This document shows positions 1-12,073 of a stretch of 64,000 nucleotides of DNA, piece by piece; the stretch's first letter is position 1, and every line of letters starts with the position of its first letter. The stretch is from Octopus sinensis. Its lineage: Eukaryota. The notes under the pieces are model-generated. The model was given only the letters and a program-made list of their open reading frames with translations, was not told the DNA's origin and did no database searches. The stretch spans positions 12,028,001 to 12,092,000 of the forward strand of contig NC_042998.1 of assembly GCF_006345805.1 (NCBI RefSeq), read 5' to 3'. Position numbers and translations under genes: made by a program.

Positions 1-1187
1 CAACGACAAGGATGTTTCCAAACCAATACTAAACTAAAAGCAATTACAAGTAAAATACAAGGACGAAAATTGCTCTTCATTCATAAAGTCATATGAAAAT
101 TTAGAAATAAGAGTAATAAGCAGTGTATGCTAAAATAGAAAAAATAGAAATGTAATTATTGGTATTTTTCCTTGTGTATAAGAATATTAAATGTAGCCAA
201 TAAAAATCCGGAACAAACATACATTCACACGATAATAACATGTAGGATTGATTACTTAAATAGATACTTAGCCGAAAGAATAAAAGTCAATTATATCGAC
301 TCCTATACATGACTGACATTTTATTTTATAAAATCCGGAAGTCTGAACAGCAAATTTGATCTGCGCAGGATTATTGATCCCGATATTTTGCTCATACACT
401 AAGCCAGTTCTCTACCATCTGAGGTAATTTATTCAAATATGCAACAATCGAGTAACAAACACGCTATAAGGACCTACAGTATTTGTAGTAAAAGTGCGGT
501 TTGTGAGATTACATAACTCCAGCAGTCAGAAGACATTACATCGAAGCAGGAAAACAAAACAAGATAAACATATAACTCGAAAGATTTTGTGCTGATACAG
601 ACAATGAAATTTGTCAAATTTCAACTCTTTGTTTATAAGGTTAGAACCAATACGTAAGTCCCTGTTTTGCGGCGTTTCTTGTAGGAAATGGCAGATAATC
701 TCTCTTCTGAACTCTCGTCTTATAATCATAGAAAAAAATGTTTCATCAGATGTTACAACAAAATGTTAAAATACAAAAAAAGACACGATAGAACGCCTTA
801 TGATCATAGTTCTTGTCTACCAGAATAGATAAAGAGCTAAACAACCCATAGACATAGGATATATATGTGTTTCCCAGAACAGTTTTACAAATCTTACCAG
901 AAATCTCTGCTCATATGAAATATTACCTTATTAGGAAATCACATTAGATAAGGTTTTTGTTGGAGTTTTCATATTAGATATTAAGATTTTTAATTGGTTA
1001 GTTAGAGGTAGAACAAGTCAGTCTTGAAAGCATTGACCGATGAACAAGCACTTTCTGCCTGTTTCGGATCATCTAGATCTACATTGTCTAGGCGTCCATT
1101 TTGAAGACATTAAGGTGTAATTTTAGGGTATTTCTTTTCAGTTTCTCGTACTTGAGTGATTGGTGAGTTTGAAGCACTTAATGTTTC

Positions 1188-1274
1188 TCTTGAGATTTGC
1201 AAGTCAATGCCTGCATGAAAGACTTAAGTTCTTACTTAGGTATTCATGCAGATGTTGACTTGCAAATCTCAAGA
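1188..1274. other. 87-nt imperfect hairpin, pri-miRNA-like
   Basis: TCTTGAGATTTGCAAGTCAA (1188-1207) pairs perfectly with 1255-1274. Then two G:U pairs, one C-A mismatch, 9 more bp (1211-1219/1243-1251), a short upper stem and a 6-nt loop. Confidence 0.85.
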
Positions 1275-3319
1275 CGGGTCAACGTTCTTAGAAGCATACA
1301 TTCCATATATGAATTAAAGTGGTGTCCAAATGAGGATACAACAAGGGGATGAGGAAGAAGAGACAGAGGTAGATCGGTAATGTGTACTGACCAAGAGTGT
1401 AGCTGTAAGTACATCAGAGAGGAGACAATGTGCTTTTGGGCAAGAGAAGCTTACCTGTGAGCATATGTGAATGCTAATCGGCTGAGTGGTTCTTTTCTGC
1501 ATGTTTTCTGGGTTATTCGCGTGTGATGCATCAGCACCACCCGAGGTGTGAAATCAACCATCCATTGTGGGTCTCTCTCATAATTAATAATCAAATATAG
1601 TATCGTTGTCGTTTTAGTATTTTCACTCGGAAGGCAAACTTCGGAAGAAAAACTGCAAAATATCTCGTCTGAATTTCTAAGAGTTCTGCTTAATATGCTA
1701 GATCAGTAGTTTATTAATTTGTCTCAGAAATCTGAAACACAAATTTGATCAAGGTGGGACTTGAACTCAGACTTCATGGAACCAGAACAGATGCTTTAGT
1801 ACACTGTCTCAAACCCTGCCAACTCTTTGAATTGAACGAAAACTATTATTATTGTCTTGCAGAGCAGATACTTGCAGAATAAATTTGGCACTTCTGTTCT
1901 GTAGAAATATTCTTCGACTTTTCATGGGATAGTAAATGTAGCATCAATAAAGTACTGCGATGGGCTTTAATACACGCTTAACTCTCACCCTCTCCCATGA
2001 TATGATGAGTGGTCTTGTTCAATGTTAGAAATATATTTAGTTGCTATCCGTATACACGCTGTAATATGCCATGAATGTATATTTATCTATAACATCATTA
2101 ACACTCGCCTATCTACAAATGTCGCACATCGAAACTGATAATCCTCGAATTATCTCAACCTCCACACACAGCTCACTCTTCTCTGCCATCATATTGAAAG
2201 ATATTAATACTCGCCTACATCATTATGTTGCAAAATGTATCATGTTCAATGTCTCCACCACTTAGTCACTGAAATAAGCAACGCCATTGTCACCAGTAGC
2301 AACTGTGATGTTAACGTTTTTGTTACTGCAGGAATATGTGATGAAAAGTATTTATAGAATTAAACGTGTCCGCGAATAATTAAATCTTCCATATCCTGTT
2401 GAAAGAGGAAGCAGTATAACATGCCTCATAATAAATACCTCAGATAATTATTAAGTAGCAGTTTAGCCGATGATTTACAGAAATATTCTTCACAATCAAT
2501 TCATCTTCGACGTAAATTTTCAGAAAAAAGAAATTAACTTTAAAAGTACTGACCGAGGCGGTAATAATATTTTCGGTGATAAACTACTCTGTTAAACATC
2601 ATTATTTAGAGGTAGAACTATACGACAATTCTATCATAACCTGCAGCAAACGAACAAGAGAATTGTATAACCGAATCTGCGAGAACATTTTTATTTCAGA
2701 GAGTAAACAGTATACATCTTATACATCATAGTTGGCTATGAGAGATGAATGAACGGCATGCAGGCGCATCTTCCCAAGTCATTCAGCTCTATATGACTTG
2801 GTGTTTAACTAAGAAAAGAGAAAATACTGTTTCAGTGAAATTTGATTTTTGGTGTTTAATAAAAAGAAAATAATTAAGAACGAAACATTCCTAAAAATAT
2901 CTATTTAGTTTCATTTTCAAATTTATAAAATGAATGAATTATCAGTTTCTATGACTATACAATTTCTATTCTCGTTGGAATCGTGACTCATTTTCTATTT
3001 AAAAAAATGACTTATTGTTGTTGCTATTATTTTTCGCAACATTTTAAGAAAAACAATATGATATTTATTGATAGGAGAATGTAATTCTAAAAGTAGAGTC
3101 AAATTATAAAATTTAGTTTTACTTGACTTTAGGCAAAACAAATTCTATTATACACGCATCACACTCACAAATGTGTGTTTGTATGCATATCAATTTATGT
3201 ACATACAATTGATGTTAGGACAGCTTTTATGCTTAAGGGCACAAAAACAAATATTAAACACAACAAACACTCATATATACACGTATATAAATAAGTATAT
3301 ATATATACATATATACATA

Positions 3320-4239
3320 CAAGGTGCAATTTTATATTTTTAATTTCGGTTGTGTCCATTATTTGTTTTTGATTTTGTCGACTACATAGTATAGTAGGGT
3401 CAGCTGGGCACTATCTGTTAGAAAAACAGCACCATGATACAATTCACTCTGCCAGAAACTAACTTGGAAAATACATGCTGTACCGTTTAGCATTCGCGCC
3501 GGAAGCTCCAATACGAACATTTCAGAGTGTTTGGGCGTTAATCTCAGGAGTGTGTAGAAGATTCCGAAAAGTTGGGTGAGTCTGATGGTGATTACGAAGG
3601 TACGGCAGCTCAGTACACTCACTCAGTATTCTGATAAGAAAAGAATTTTTGAATTTGTTGGTGAGATCCTGGCCATGATTGACAACAATCCCTCCAATTC
3701 AATCAGGTGGGACACAGGAATGTGCGAGTTTCTTATCAGGCAGGTAGTGCATAGACATTCGGTATTCCTCATACAAGATGAGAAACGGTAAATTTTCATC
3801 AAAGCCATCAAGAACAAGAAGAAAGACAGCGCTGCGAAGCTTCTGAACAAACTCAAACATCCCCTCCAAACGAGAATTATTTTTGCCAGTATCAGATGGT
3901 GAACACACAGAACAACCTTTGGCTTCATGTGTCCCTAAAACATGCACCGAGAGTGATATAAATCAAACATACAGTCGACGCCATAATGTTTGAAGTGATC
4001 GCTAGTGATGGCGACTTTATGCCTCCATTTGTCTTCCTACGCTGTCACACATTCAACACGAGGCCTACATCAAGTGCCTGTAGGGGATAGTGTTTCCCTG
4101 GCTCAAGAGGGTGGCTGATGGAAGATCTATGTCTAAGAACAGGATCATGTCACACAAGAAGGAGAACCCAGTCATGGCAGTCAAACAATTTCTGCGACCA
4201 TATCATCCCTAACATCTGGCCGCCTGACTCTCCAGACTC
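3320..4239 (+). mobile_element. Degenerate, 3'-truncated Tc1/mariner-superfamily element, maT/DD37D-like
   Basis: Starts TA|CAAGGTG. Broken frames give VIASDGDFMPPFVF (~3996-4037) and QD..CHTRRRTQSW..NFCDHIIPNIWPPDSPD (~4140-4237). The third catalytic residue is lost, so DD37D is inferred from motif resemblance. Confidence 0.75.
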
Positions 4240-5109
4240 GTTGTTACAACTTAGCTGAGTGAATTGGTGCATTATCATCCTGAAATATTGCATTTCCCCC
4301 CAGAAACAGTTCTGCAACCACATGATGAATTTGATCAGAAATAAAGTTCAAATAGTCTTGACTATTAATTCTTCCTTGAAGGGAAGATATATTCCAAGAT
4401 ATAGCCCTCCACAGATCATCACAGATCCTCCTCCATGTTTAATAGTTGGAAGAAATGCTTCTTTTGGCCATCTTCAAACGTATACTCTGCCGTTAGTTGG
4501 AAATAAGGTAATGGATGACTCGTCCGTAGGATTTTACTCCACTCTAGACGCTTTGTTTTTGAAAGTAGTGGCTTTCTGATTGCAGCCTTCCAGTGTAATC
4601 CGGTTTTGTGCAGCTCTCGGCGTACAGTTTTTGTGGTGGTCACTAAGCTCATTGGGGTCATTAAGCTCTGCAGGAATTTTGGGAGCTGTACTTTTGTGAT
4701 CCTTTCTAACAATTCGCGACGATCCCTATCTGAAAGTTTTGGTTTTCTTCCGGAGTTTTGATTCGACGAGAATGTTTTTCCTCTTTCTTAAAAGCTGGCA
4801 TTACTTTTGTGACAGTACTTCTTGATACAACAAACATTTCGGCTATTTTTGTTACACTAGTGCCTGCCATGTGATCACCAACAATTTGACCTCTTTGAAA
4901 GTACGATAGATCTATCATTTTAACGAACTTTAATTACCTTTCTCTGATGATAGCTGAAAGGAAATAGCAATTTTAGCAAAACATATTAAGCAACACTAAA
5001 AATAAATCAAAAATCATAAAAATTAACAAGCTTTTGACGGTTTTATAGATATTTCAAAATTATGATGCTATGATGCAAGGTCTTTCCATTATTTTGTCCA
5101 ACCCCGGTG
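4240..5109 (-). mobile_element. 3'-truncated Tc1 transposon relic
   Basis: Minus strand: TA|CACCGGGGTTGGACAAAATAATGG end. N-terminus MIDLSYFQRGQIVG..SVTKIAEMFVVSRSTV, then KAAIRKPLL, TDES (first D), KHGGGSVM and FQDDNAPIH (second D). Frameshifted and cut at ~4240. Confidence 0.9.
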
Positions 5110-5126
5110 TATATACACACACACAA

Positions 5127-5207
<81 letters not shown>

Positions 5208-5307
5208 ATATATATATATATACACATATATATGTATATATATATGCACATACATGCATATATATATTATGTATATACACATGCATATACACACACATAT
5301 ACATATA

Positions 5308-5338
<31 letters not shown>

Positions 5339-5455
5339 CTATATATATATATATATACATTCACACACAAACACACACATACACAGACACGTACACACAC
5401 ACGCACACACACACACACAAACACACACACACATATATATATATATATGTATATA
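5110..5455. repeat. Compound (TA)n/(CA)n/(TACA)n microsatellite
   Basis: Visible directly; separates two Tc1 elements. Confidence 0.95.
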
Positions 5456-5703
5456 CGACCTTGGCCAAAAGTATACGGCCACTCCGATGTTTTGGGGTTC
5501 TGCTATCTCAATGTTACTGAAACTTGTGCACATGTTAGATTATGGTATATTTCACAATATACACCAGTTACCGTTTTTATACTGTACTGTACATATGCAA
5601 CCAATTATGAGTAAGACCAACGTCAAAAATTAACTTGTGTTTCCTTGGTTATTATAGATTTTTATGCTAAAATACGTTGTATATACACTTAATAAACAGT
5701 AAA

Positions 5704-6848
5704 ATGTTCAAAACAAGGTGGTAAGTGAGTGTCAGAGAGGTCAAATCGTAGCTCATCATGAAAATGGAATGTCTCAAAGGCAAATAGCTTAGAAGATGAA
5801 ATGTTATCGATGTGCGGTGCAAACGACTCTCAAGCACTTCATAGAGAAAATGATGTGAAGACAATTCAAAGAACAGGTAGATAAAAAGTTACATCACCTC
5901 GTGATGACAGGTCCATCATCTTTCAGTCACTCAGAAACAGGAGAAAAACTTCGTCAAAGCTCATTGTGGACTTTAACGAGGCAAGTACTTCGCAAATATC
6001 AATCTGAACTGCTAAAAGGCTTGTAGAGTACGGTCTGAAAAGCTGTAAAGCCAGGAAGAGGCCATGGGTTTCTGAAGCGAATATGGAAAAACGTCTCCAG
6101 TCGGCCATAAACCACTCAAATTGGACGAGTGATCAATGGTCGAAAGTCATAAGGTCTGATGAAGGTAAGTATGAGGTAAGATAGTACGTGTTTTCAATCA
6201 ATATATAAACTTAATGTAACTGGTTTGTTGCCGAAAATGTATAAAAATGTATCCAACATAAAGTTAATATTATTTTTCATATTTTTACTCAGGTTCTCGG
6301 TACTTCTGGAGCAACTTTCGTTCGTCGCAGAGTTGGGGAAGCATTTAAGCCTGAATGTCTGGTACCAACTGTAAAACATAGGGGTGGTTCTATCATGGTG
6401 CAGGCCTTCATGTTTACCACAGGACCTGGAGAATTGCGTTTATGTCAGAGAAAGATGAATTCAGCTACCTATGTTTTTATGTTATCGGATATTTTAGAGA
6501 CATCAATTGCTAAATTGCATCCAGGAATGTCGAAAAACAGTGTTATATTTCAAAAGGACAACGCTCCATGTCATACAGCAAAGAATACTGGTCAATGGTT
6601 TGAGACATAGGGTATTGTTCCCATGGACTGGCCAGCTCAAAATCCCGATCTAAATCCGATCGAACATATGGGGAACTCTTGGTGAAGTTATCAGGAACAC
6701 AATAATTAAAAATAAAGAGAGTTTGTACCGAAAGTTGAGAGAAGAATGGAGTGAAAGTACACCTAGTACCTGCATGAAACTAGTTAATTCAATGCCTAAC
6801 CGTATAAAAGCAGTAATTTATGGTAAAGGAGGCTCAACCAGATATTAA
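5704..6848 (+). pseudogene. Tc1 DD34E transposase pseudogene with one intron
   Basis: SECQRGQIVAHHENGMSQRQIA, KARKRP, WSKVIRSDE, FVRRRVGEAFKPECLVPTVKHRGGSIMV, FQKDNAPCH...WPAQNPDLNPIE (34 residues between D and E), KGGSTRY*. Several stops and frameshifts. Confidence 0.9.
6176..6292 (+). other. 117-bp phase-0 GT-AG intron inside the Tc1 transposase
   Basis: GAG|GTAAGA donor and TTTTTACTCAG|GTT acceptor. Removing it joins SDEGKYE to VLGTSGATFVRRR, matching Tc1 spacing after the first catalytic D. Confidence 0.85.
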
Positions 6849-6959
6849 AACTAATGTATATTGTGAAACGTACCATAATCTACCATGTGTACGAGTTTCA
6901 TTAACACTGAGACTGCAGAACCCCTAAACATTGGGATGGTTCAGTACTTTTGACCAAGG

Positions 6960-6962
<3 letters not shown>

Positions 6963-7021
<59 letters not shown>

Positions 7022-7115
7022 TATATATACATACATATATATGTGTGTGTATGTGTGCTAGTATACATGTTTGTATACACACACGTATATGAGTGTGAAT
7101 GTATGTGTGTGTGTA
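6963..7115. repeat. (TA)n/(TG)n microsatellite
   Basis: Visible directly. Confidence 0.9.
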
Positions 7116-8972
7116 AATATTGTAAAAACAGTAAAACGATATCCAATCTGATACAGATGATATTCCAATTATGTTTTCATAGGTGAAGATCAAATTTCGT
7201 GCCGCAGTGCCGAATAACATAGAAATACGCATAACTATTAAGTTCATGTTCTATAGGCAATTAACATCACAGGGGAACAACATTTGTACAGCATGGAAAA
7301 TATTTGGTGCTTCAAATCGAGATACGGTATTAATTTTGAAATAAACATTGGAAAGAGTAAAAAAGAGAAATAAGCAGTATATAAAACTGAGGAAAGCAAA
7401 GGTGCTGCCCCCCACCGCCCAAAAATCTGACGTCCAATTAATTAAACCTGTAAAAGAATACGCGACTAAATGGCCAACTGAAAAATATCTGAAAGCAGTG
7501 TCAAAAATGTATGACTGACTAAACTTAGTGAAAATTCATTTTTACTGAAAATTGTGCACTAATATTGGTAAATGAGGGCAAAACATTTGAAATTTAAAAG
7601 CAAGACGGATAGGTAGAGGCGAATCTTTTAAGAATAATTAGCCGAGTGCGCTACAGTTTCTCATCGTTGTCGTTCTGATATCGAAATCAAACTATTTTGC
7701 TGAATTGATTTTCTATAAATGGTATAACAAGATGGAGGAATGCAAGGGCAAAGTTTTAGAGAGAAAAATGCAAGTGCATTCGTAATTATGTCATATTATT
7801 TTGTTAAATTTATTAAGAATAATAAAAAAAATTACTAAATTCTTGGCCCCGTATTCGTTATTTACACGTTTCTAGATAACGTATTTATTTTGTCATTACA
7901 GTGGTGTCTTTTTGATAAGATATTTCTTTTTTTCACAGATTGGTAAAAACTTAATGGTTTCTTTAATCTACTTATTTTGTCGAATAATATGAAGATTTGT
8001 TGCGGCTAAAATGGCAACGTGTTACTGAGAATTATGACAAAATGATATGAAATTAGATTGCATTTTTGATATCTCGAGAACATTATTCATTACATCCAGA
8101 AGCTGTAAAAGCTATCCTAACGATTTTTCTTCTTCGTTTTATCAGAGGTCAAAATCGATAGCGTTATTATTGTCCAACATTTCACGCATCTCGTAGGAAT
8201 CCATATAGATCAGCGCTGAGTTCATGATGGACAAATTTTGTATGCCAGTTTTCATTCTCTATGTTGCGGCATCCATTAAATTTCTTTTAAACAGCAGTAT
8301 ATTTGAAAGGAGCATGAACATCGTACAACTTACAATCATTAATACATTGTTAGCAGAATCATAATTACTTTGTAATGAGAATGTCATGTCAGAGTTATTA
8401 CTTTAGAAGGGAAAAAAATCAATAACATCACCGAATCGAAGTTTAACAATGAAAAATCAAGAATACAGTGCTACTTTTCAGAATCCAAGTACGTAAATTA
8501 TTTTATCACTCTGTCCAAAGGAAAGACTGAGTTCATACGCAATCACAAGAACAATTCAACCGTTTCTTTGCACGAAAATTTCATTCAAGGCTATGTTTTG
8601 GATAATTTTAAATAAAAAAGTTCGTAACACAGAAACCAAAGTAGTTCTCAAGTAAGTTGGTATAAAGATGTAACCCTATTAATAAAAAACATATTGAGAC
8701 AAAACAAATATCCTGTTTAGCACAATATAATATCTCTTACATCGATTCCCGATAAGACACTGTGTGTTCATCTGGTAATTAGTAAGAACTTATACGAGGA
8801 AAAGAAATATTATTGGAAAATATTTGGGTGGCAAGAGAACTTACCGGTAAATAAGGCTAAAAGTGTAAAGAGTTTGTGATTTTTCAACTGTAATAAAATT
8901 GTATTTTAATTTGGATTTGGCAACTGAGTACCATCTTCTTACTTTATATATACATATAATACATACATACAT

Positions 8973-9056
<84 letters not shown>

Positions 9057-9393
9057 AGTTAGAGAAAAAGCACTATTATGTAATTCAAATAATGATAGAC
9101 ATAAACCGTATCATATAGAGAAAATAAAACATATTATAAAACATATATCTAGATCACAAAATGTAAAAAATAATGAATAAAATTTATATAATAATTAAAA
9201 AGACTACGTACGATTCGTAACTATAACTTCAATTCGAATTACAATTGAATTTAAATTTAATCCCAAAACAATTCAATTTAAAAGTATAGTCACTCCTCAG
9301 GTCAACAATAATAACAACAATAGTTAAATACATATATATTTTAAAGAAATAATCAAATAGAGTTAAACAATAGAGTTAAACAAAAATAAAATC

Positions 9394-10500
9394 ATGATTC
9401 TTCTTATAGAAGAAACTCCGTTAACTAAATTTGAAACTTGAAACTTGAAACGTGGGACCAGGTGTCTATAATACATTTATCATGTTAAAAACCTAAGGTA
9501 AAAAATAGAGTAAATAGAGAGAAACATGTATTTTAGCTGTGAAGATATATTTTAGCTTTGGGAAAAATTTTAACAAGCTATAGTATATCTTCACTGGAAA
9601 AATATAAGAGTCCAATTAATAAAAATAAAAATACTTGAAATAAATCATATACGTAAGTTTAGCTAAATTACCATGATTTAATCTATATTTATTAATTAAA
9701 TAAATTATATATTAATTTATTAATTAAATAAACATCTAATTTGATCCGATACTATGTACTAAACTCTATACAAAACATGTATAGGCATATAATATATCTT
9801 ATATCAACAACGTTGCAGCCACAAACCTGCAATAGTATTTTGCATATATTTCAACAATATATTCAGAAATAATTTAAACTTATATAAGTAAATTTATGTT
9901 TAGAACTAATATTGCACTCATTGATAAAATAAAACAAGAAAAAAAAAGAATAATTAAATAAATGTACATATCTAATTTTTTATTAAAAAATAAACAATTT
10001 AAAAAAAATTAAAGATTAATATTTCTTAAATCAATAAGCATATAAATTGTATACTTATCTTTTCGAAGATATTTAAAAACTAAAAACGTATTACTTAGCG
10101 TTTTTAAATTTACTCGTGAAAAATTAATAGTATTATTATTAAATTCAATAGTACAAAAAAAGAAAGCATTTCACTAGCTATACTATAATATTTTACGTTA
10201 CAAACTATTTTACAAATCAAACCCACTTAATACTTTTAGATTTTAGTTCACATATAATAATTATAATAATAATAAGAATTAAATAAATGTACGTATCTAA
10301 ATTATAATGAACAAATAAAGTAATTAGAAATCCATATTTTTTCATTCAATAAACATATAGATAAATAAATTACACCATTATTTCTTAAATAAATATTATA
10401 CTTATCTTTCCGAAGATATTTATGAAAAAAAAAATTCCAAATTAAAAACGTATTACTTAGCGTTTATAAATTTATTTGTGAAAAAAAGTACTTATTATTA

Positions 10501-10578
<78 letters not shown>

Positions 10579-11011
10579 GATTATTAAATTCAATAGTACA
10601 AAATATAAAAACTTTACACTACCAATACTAAAATATTTTACGTTACAATCTAATTCACAAAGCAATCAAACTTTATACTTGTAGATTTTATTTCACATAT
10701 AATAAATAAATAAATGTACGTATTTAAATTATAAATAACAAATAAAAAAATTAGAAATTCACATTTTTCAATCAATGATCATATAAATTACCCTCTTATT
10801 TCTTAAATAAGTTGTATACTTATCTTTTCGAAGATATATTATGAACTAAAATTTCAAAACTCTCATTTTTAAAACTATTTTTTAAAACATATTTCTTCAA
10901 AACTATTTTTTTACCTTATGTTTTTAACATGATAAATGTATTATAGACACCTGGTCCTACGTTTTAAGTTTCAAAAATAGTTAACGGAGTTTCTTCTATA
11001 AGAAGAATCAT
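9394..11011. mobile_element. ORF-less ~1.6-kb element with ~110-115-bp terminal inverted repeats (unclassified non-autonomous DNA element)
   Basis: 9394-9508 is the reverse complement of 10903-11011 (ATGATTCTTCTTATAGAAGAAACTCCGTTAAC...GGACCAGGTGTCTATAATACATTTATCATGTTAAAAAC). Interior is very AT-rich with ~330-bp subrepeats starting near 9955, 10281 and 10707. No TSD found. Confidence 0.75.
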
Positions 11012-11063
11012 TTCTTTATTTCCGATGTTTGTGGATAGATTTCGGAGCACTGTCTTATCGCTC

Positions 11064-11110
<47 letters not shown>

Positions 11111-11134
11111 TATTATTATTATTAATATACATAC

Positions 11135-11216
<82 letters not shown>

Positions 11217-11219
<3 letters not shown>

Positions 11220-11783
11220 TTCTTTTCTAGTGTAGGCACAAGCCCCAAAATTTAGGGGGAGGGGTCCAGTTGATTAGATCGACCCCAGTACACAATTGGT
11301 ACTTAATTTATCGACCCCGAAAGGATGAAAGGCAAAGTCGACCTCAGTGGAATTTGAACTCAGAACATAAAGCCGAAATACCTATTTCTTTACTACCCAC
11401 ATGGGGCTAAACACAGAAGGGACAAAGAAGGGTAGTCAAACGGATTAAGTCGATTACATTGACCCCAGAGTGTAACTCGTACTTAATTTATCGACCCCGA
11501 AATGATGAAAGGCAAAGTCGACCTCGGCGGAATTTGAACTCAGAACGTAACAGCAGACGAAATACGTATTTCTTTATTACTCACAAGGGGCTAAACACAG
11601 AGCGGACAAACAAGGACAGACATAGGTATTAAGTCGATTACAGCGACCCCAGTGCGTACCTGGTACTTAATTTATCGACCCCGAAAGGATGAAAGGCGGA
11701 ATTTGAACTGACAACGTAACGCAGACGAAATACCGCTAAGCATTTTGCCCGGTGTGCTAACGTTTCTGCCAGTTCATCGCCTT
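11217..11783 (-). mobile_element. tRNA-type SINE with tandemly reiterated body (about 3 units)
   Basis: Head (rc AAGGCGATGAACTGGCAGAAACGTTAGC) at ~11740-11783. TTAATTTATCGACCCCGAAA(G/T)GATGAAAGGC recurs near 11303, 11483 and 11668. Same family as 20669, 26430, 46543 and 47306. Confidence 0.85.
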
Positions 11784-11910
11784 TTAAATATATAGTGTTG
11801 TATCGAGAATTTTCTATTTCTAATTCTGCTTTGTATGTATATATATATGTGTGTGTGTGTGAAGGTGTGTGTGTATGTGTGTGTGTGTGTGCGTGTGTGT
11901 GTATGTTTGT

Positions 11911-12073
11911 GTGTCTGTGCTTACGTCCCCGTAATTTAGCGCTTTGGCAAAAGAGACCGATAGGACAAGTACTTTGCTTACAAAGAATAAACACTGGGGT
12001 CGATTTCTTCGACGAAAGGCGGTGCCATAGCATGGCCGCAGTGAAATGACTGAAACAGATAAAAGAATAAAAG
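11911..12073 (+). mobile_element. 3' half of a second SINE family
   Basis: GTCCCCGT...GAGACCGATAG...GGGGTCGA...AAAGGCGGTGC...CATGGCCGC...AAATGACTGAAAC, shared with the 3' part of 36996-37414. Confidence 0.75.

Larger units (their letters stand above)
5456..6962 (+). mobile_element. Full-length (1507 bp) decayed Tc1 DD34E transposon with 114-bp TIRs
   Basis: Imperfect TIRs 5456-5569 and 6849-6962, flanked by TA on both sides. Confidence 0.95.

Noticed and set aside
4944-4960. CTGATGA..GAAA in the Tc1 leader
   Set aside because: No stem II or stem III, and no NUH triplet.
5043-5633. Many long ORFs of YI/HT/CV repeats here and across the window (e.g. 49173-49649, 14047-14441, 17586-18340, 63072-63615)
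   Set aside because: They are translations of stop-free microsatellites.
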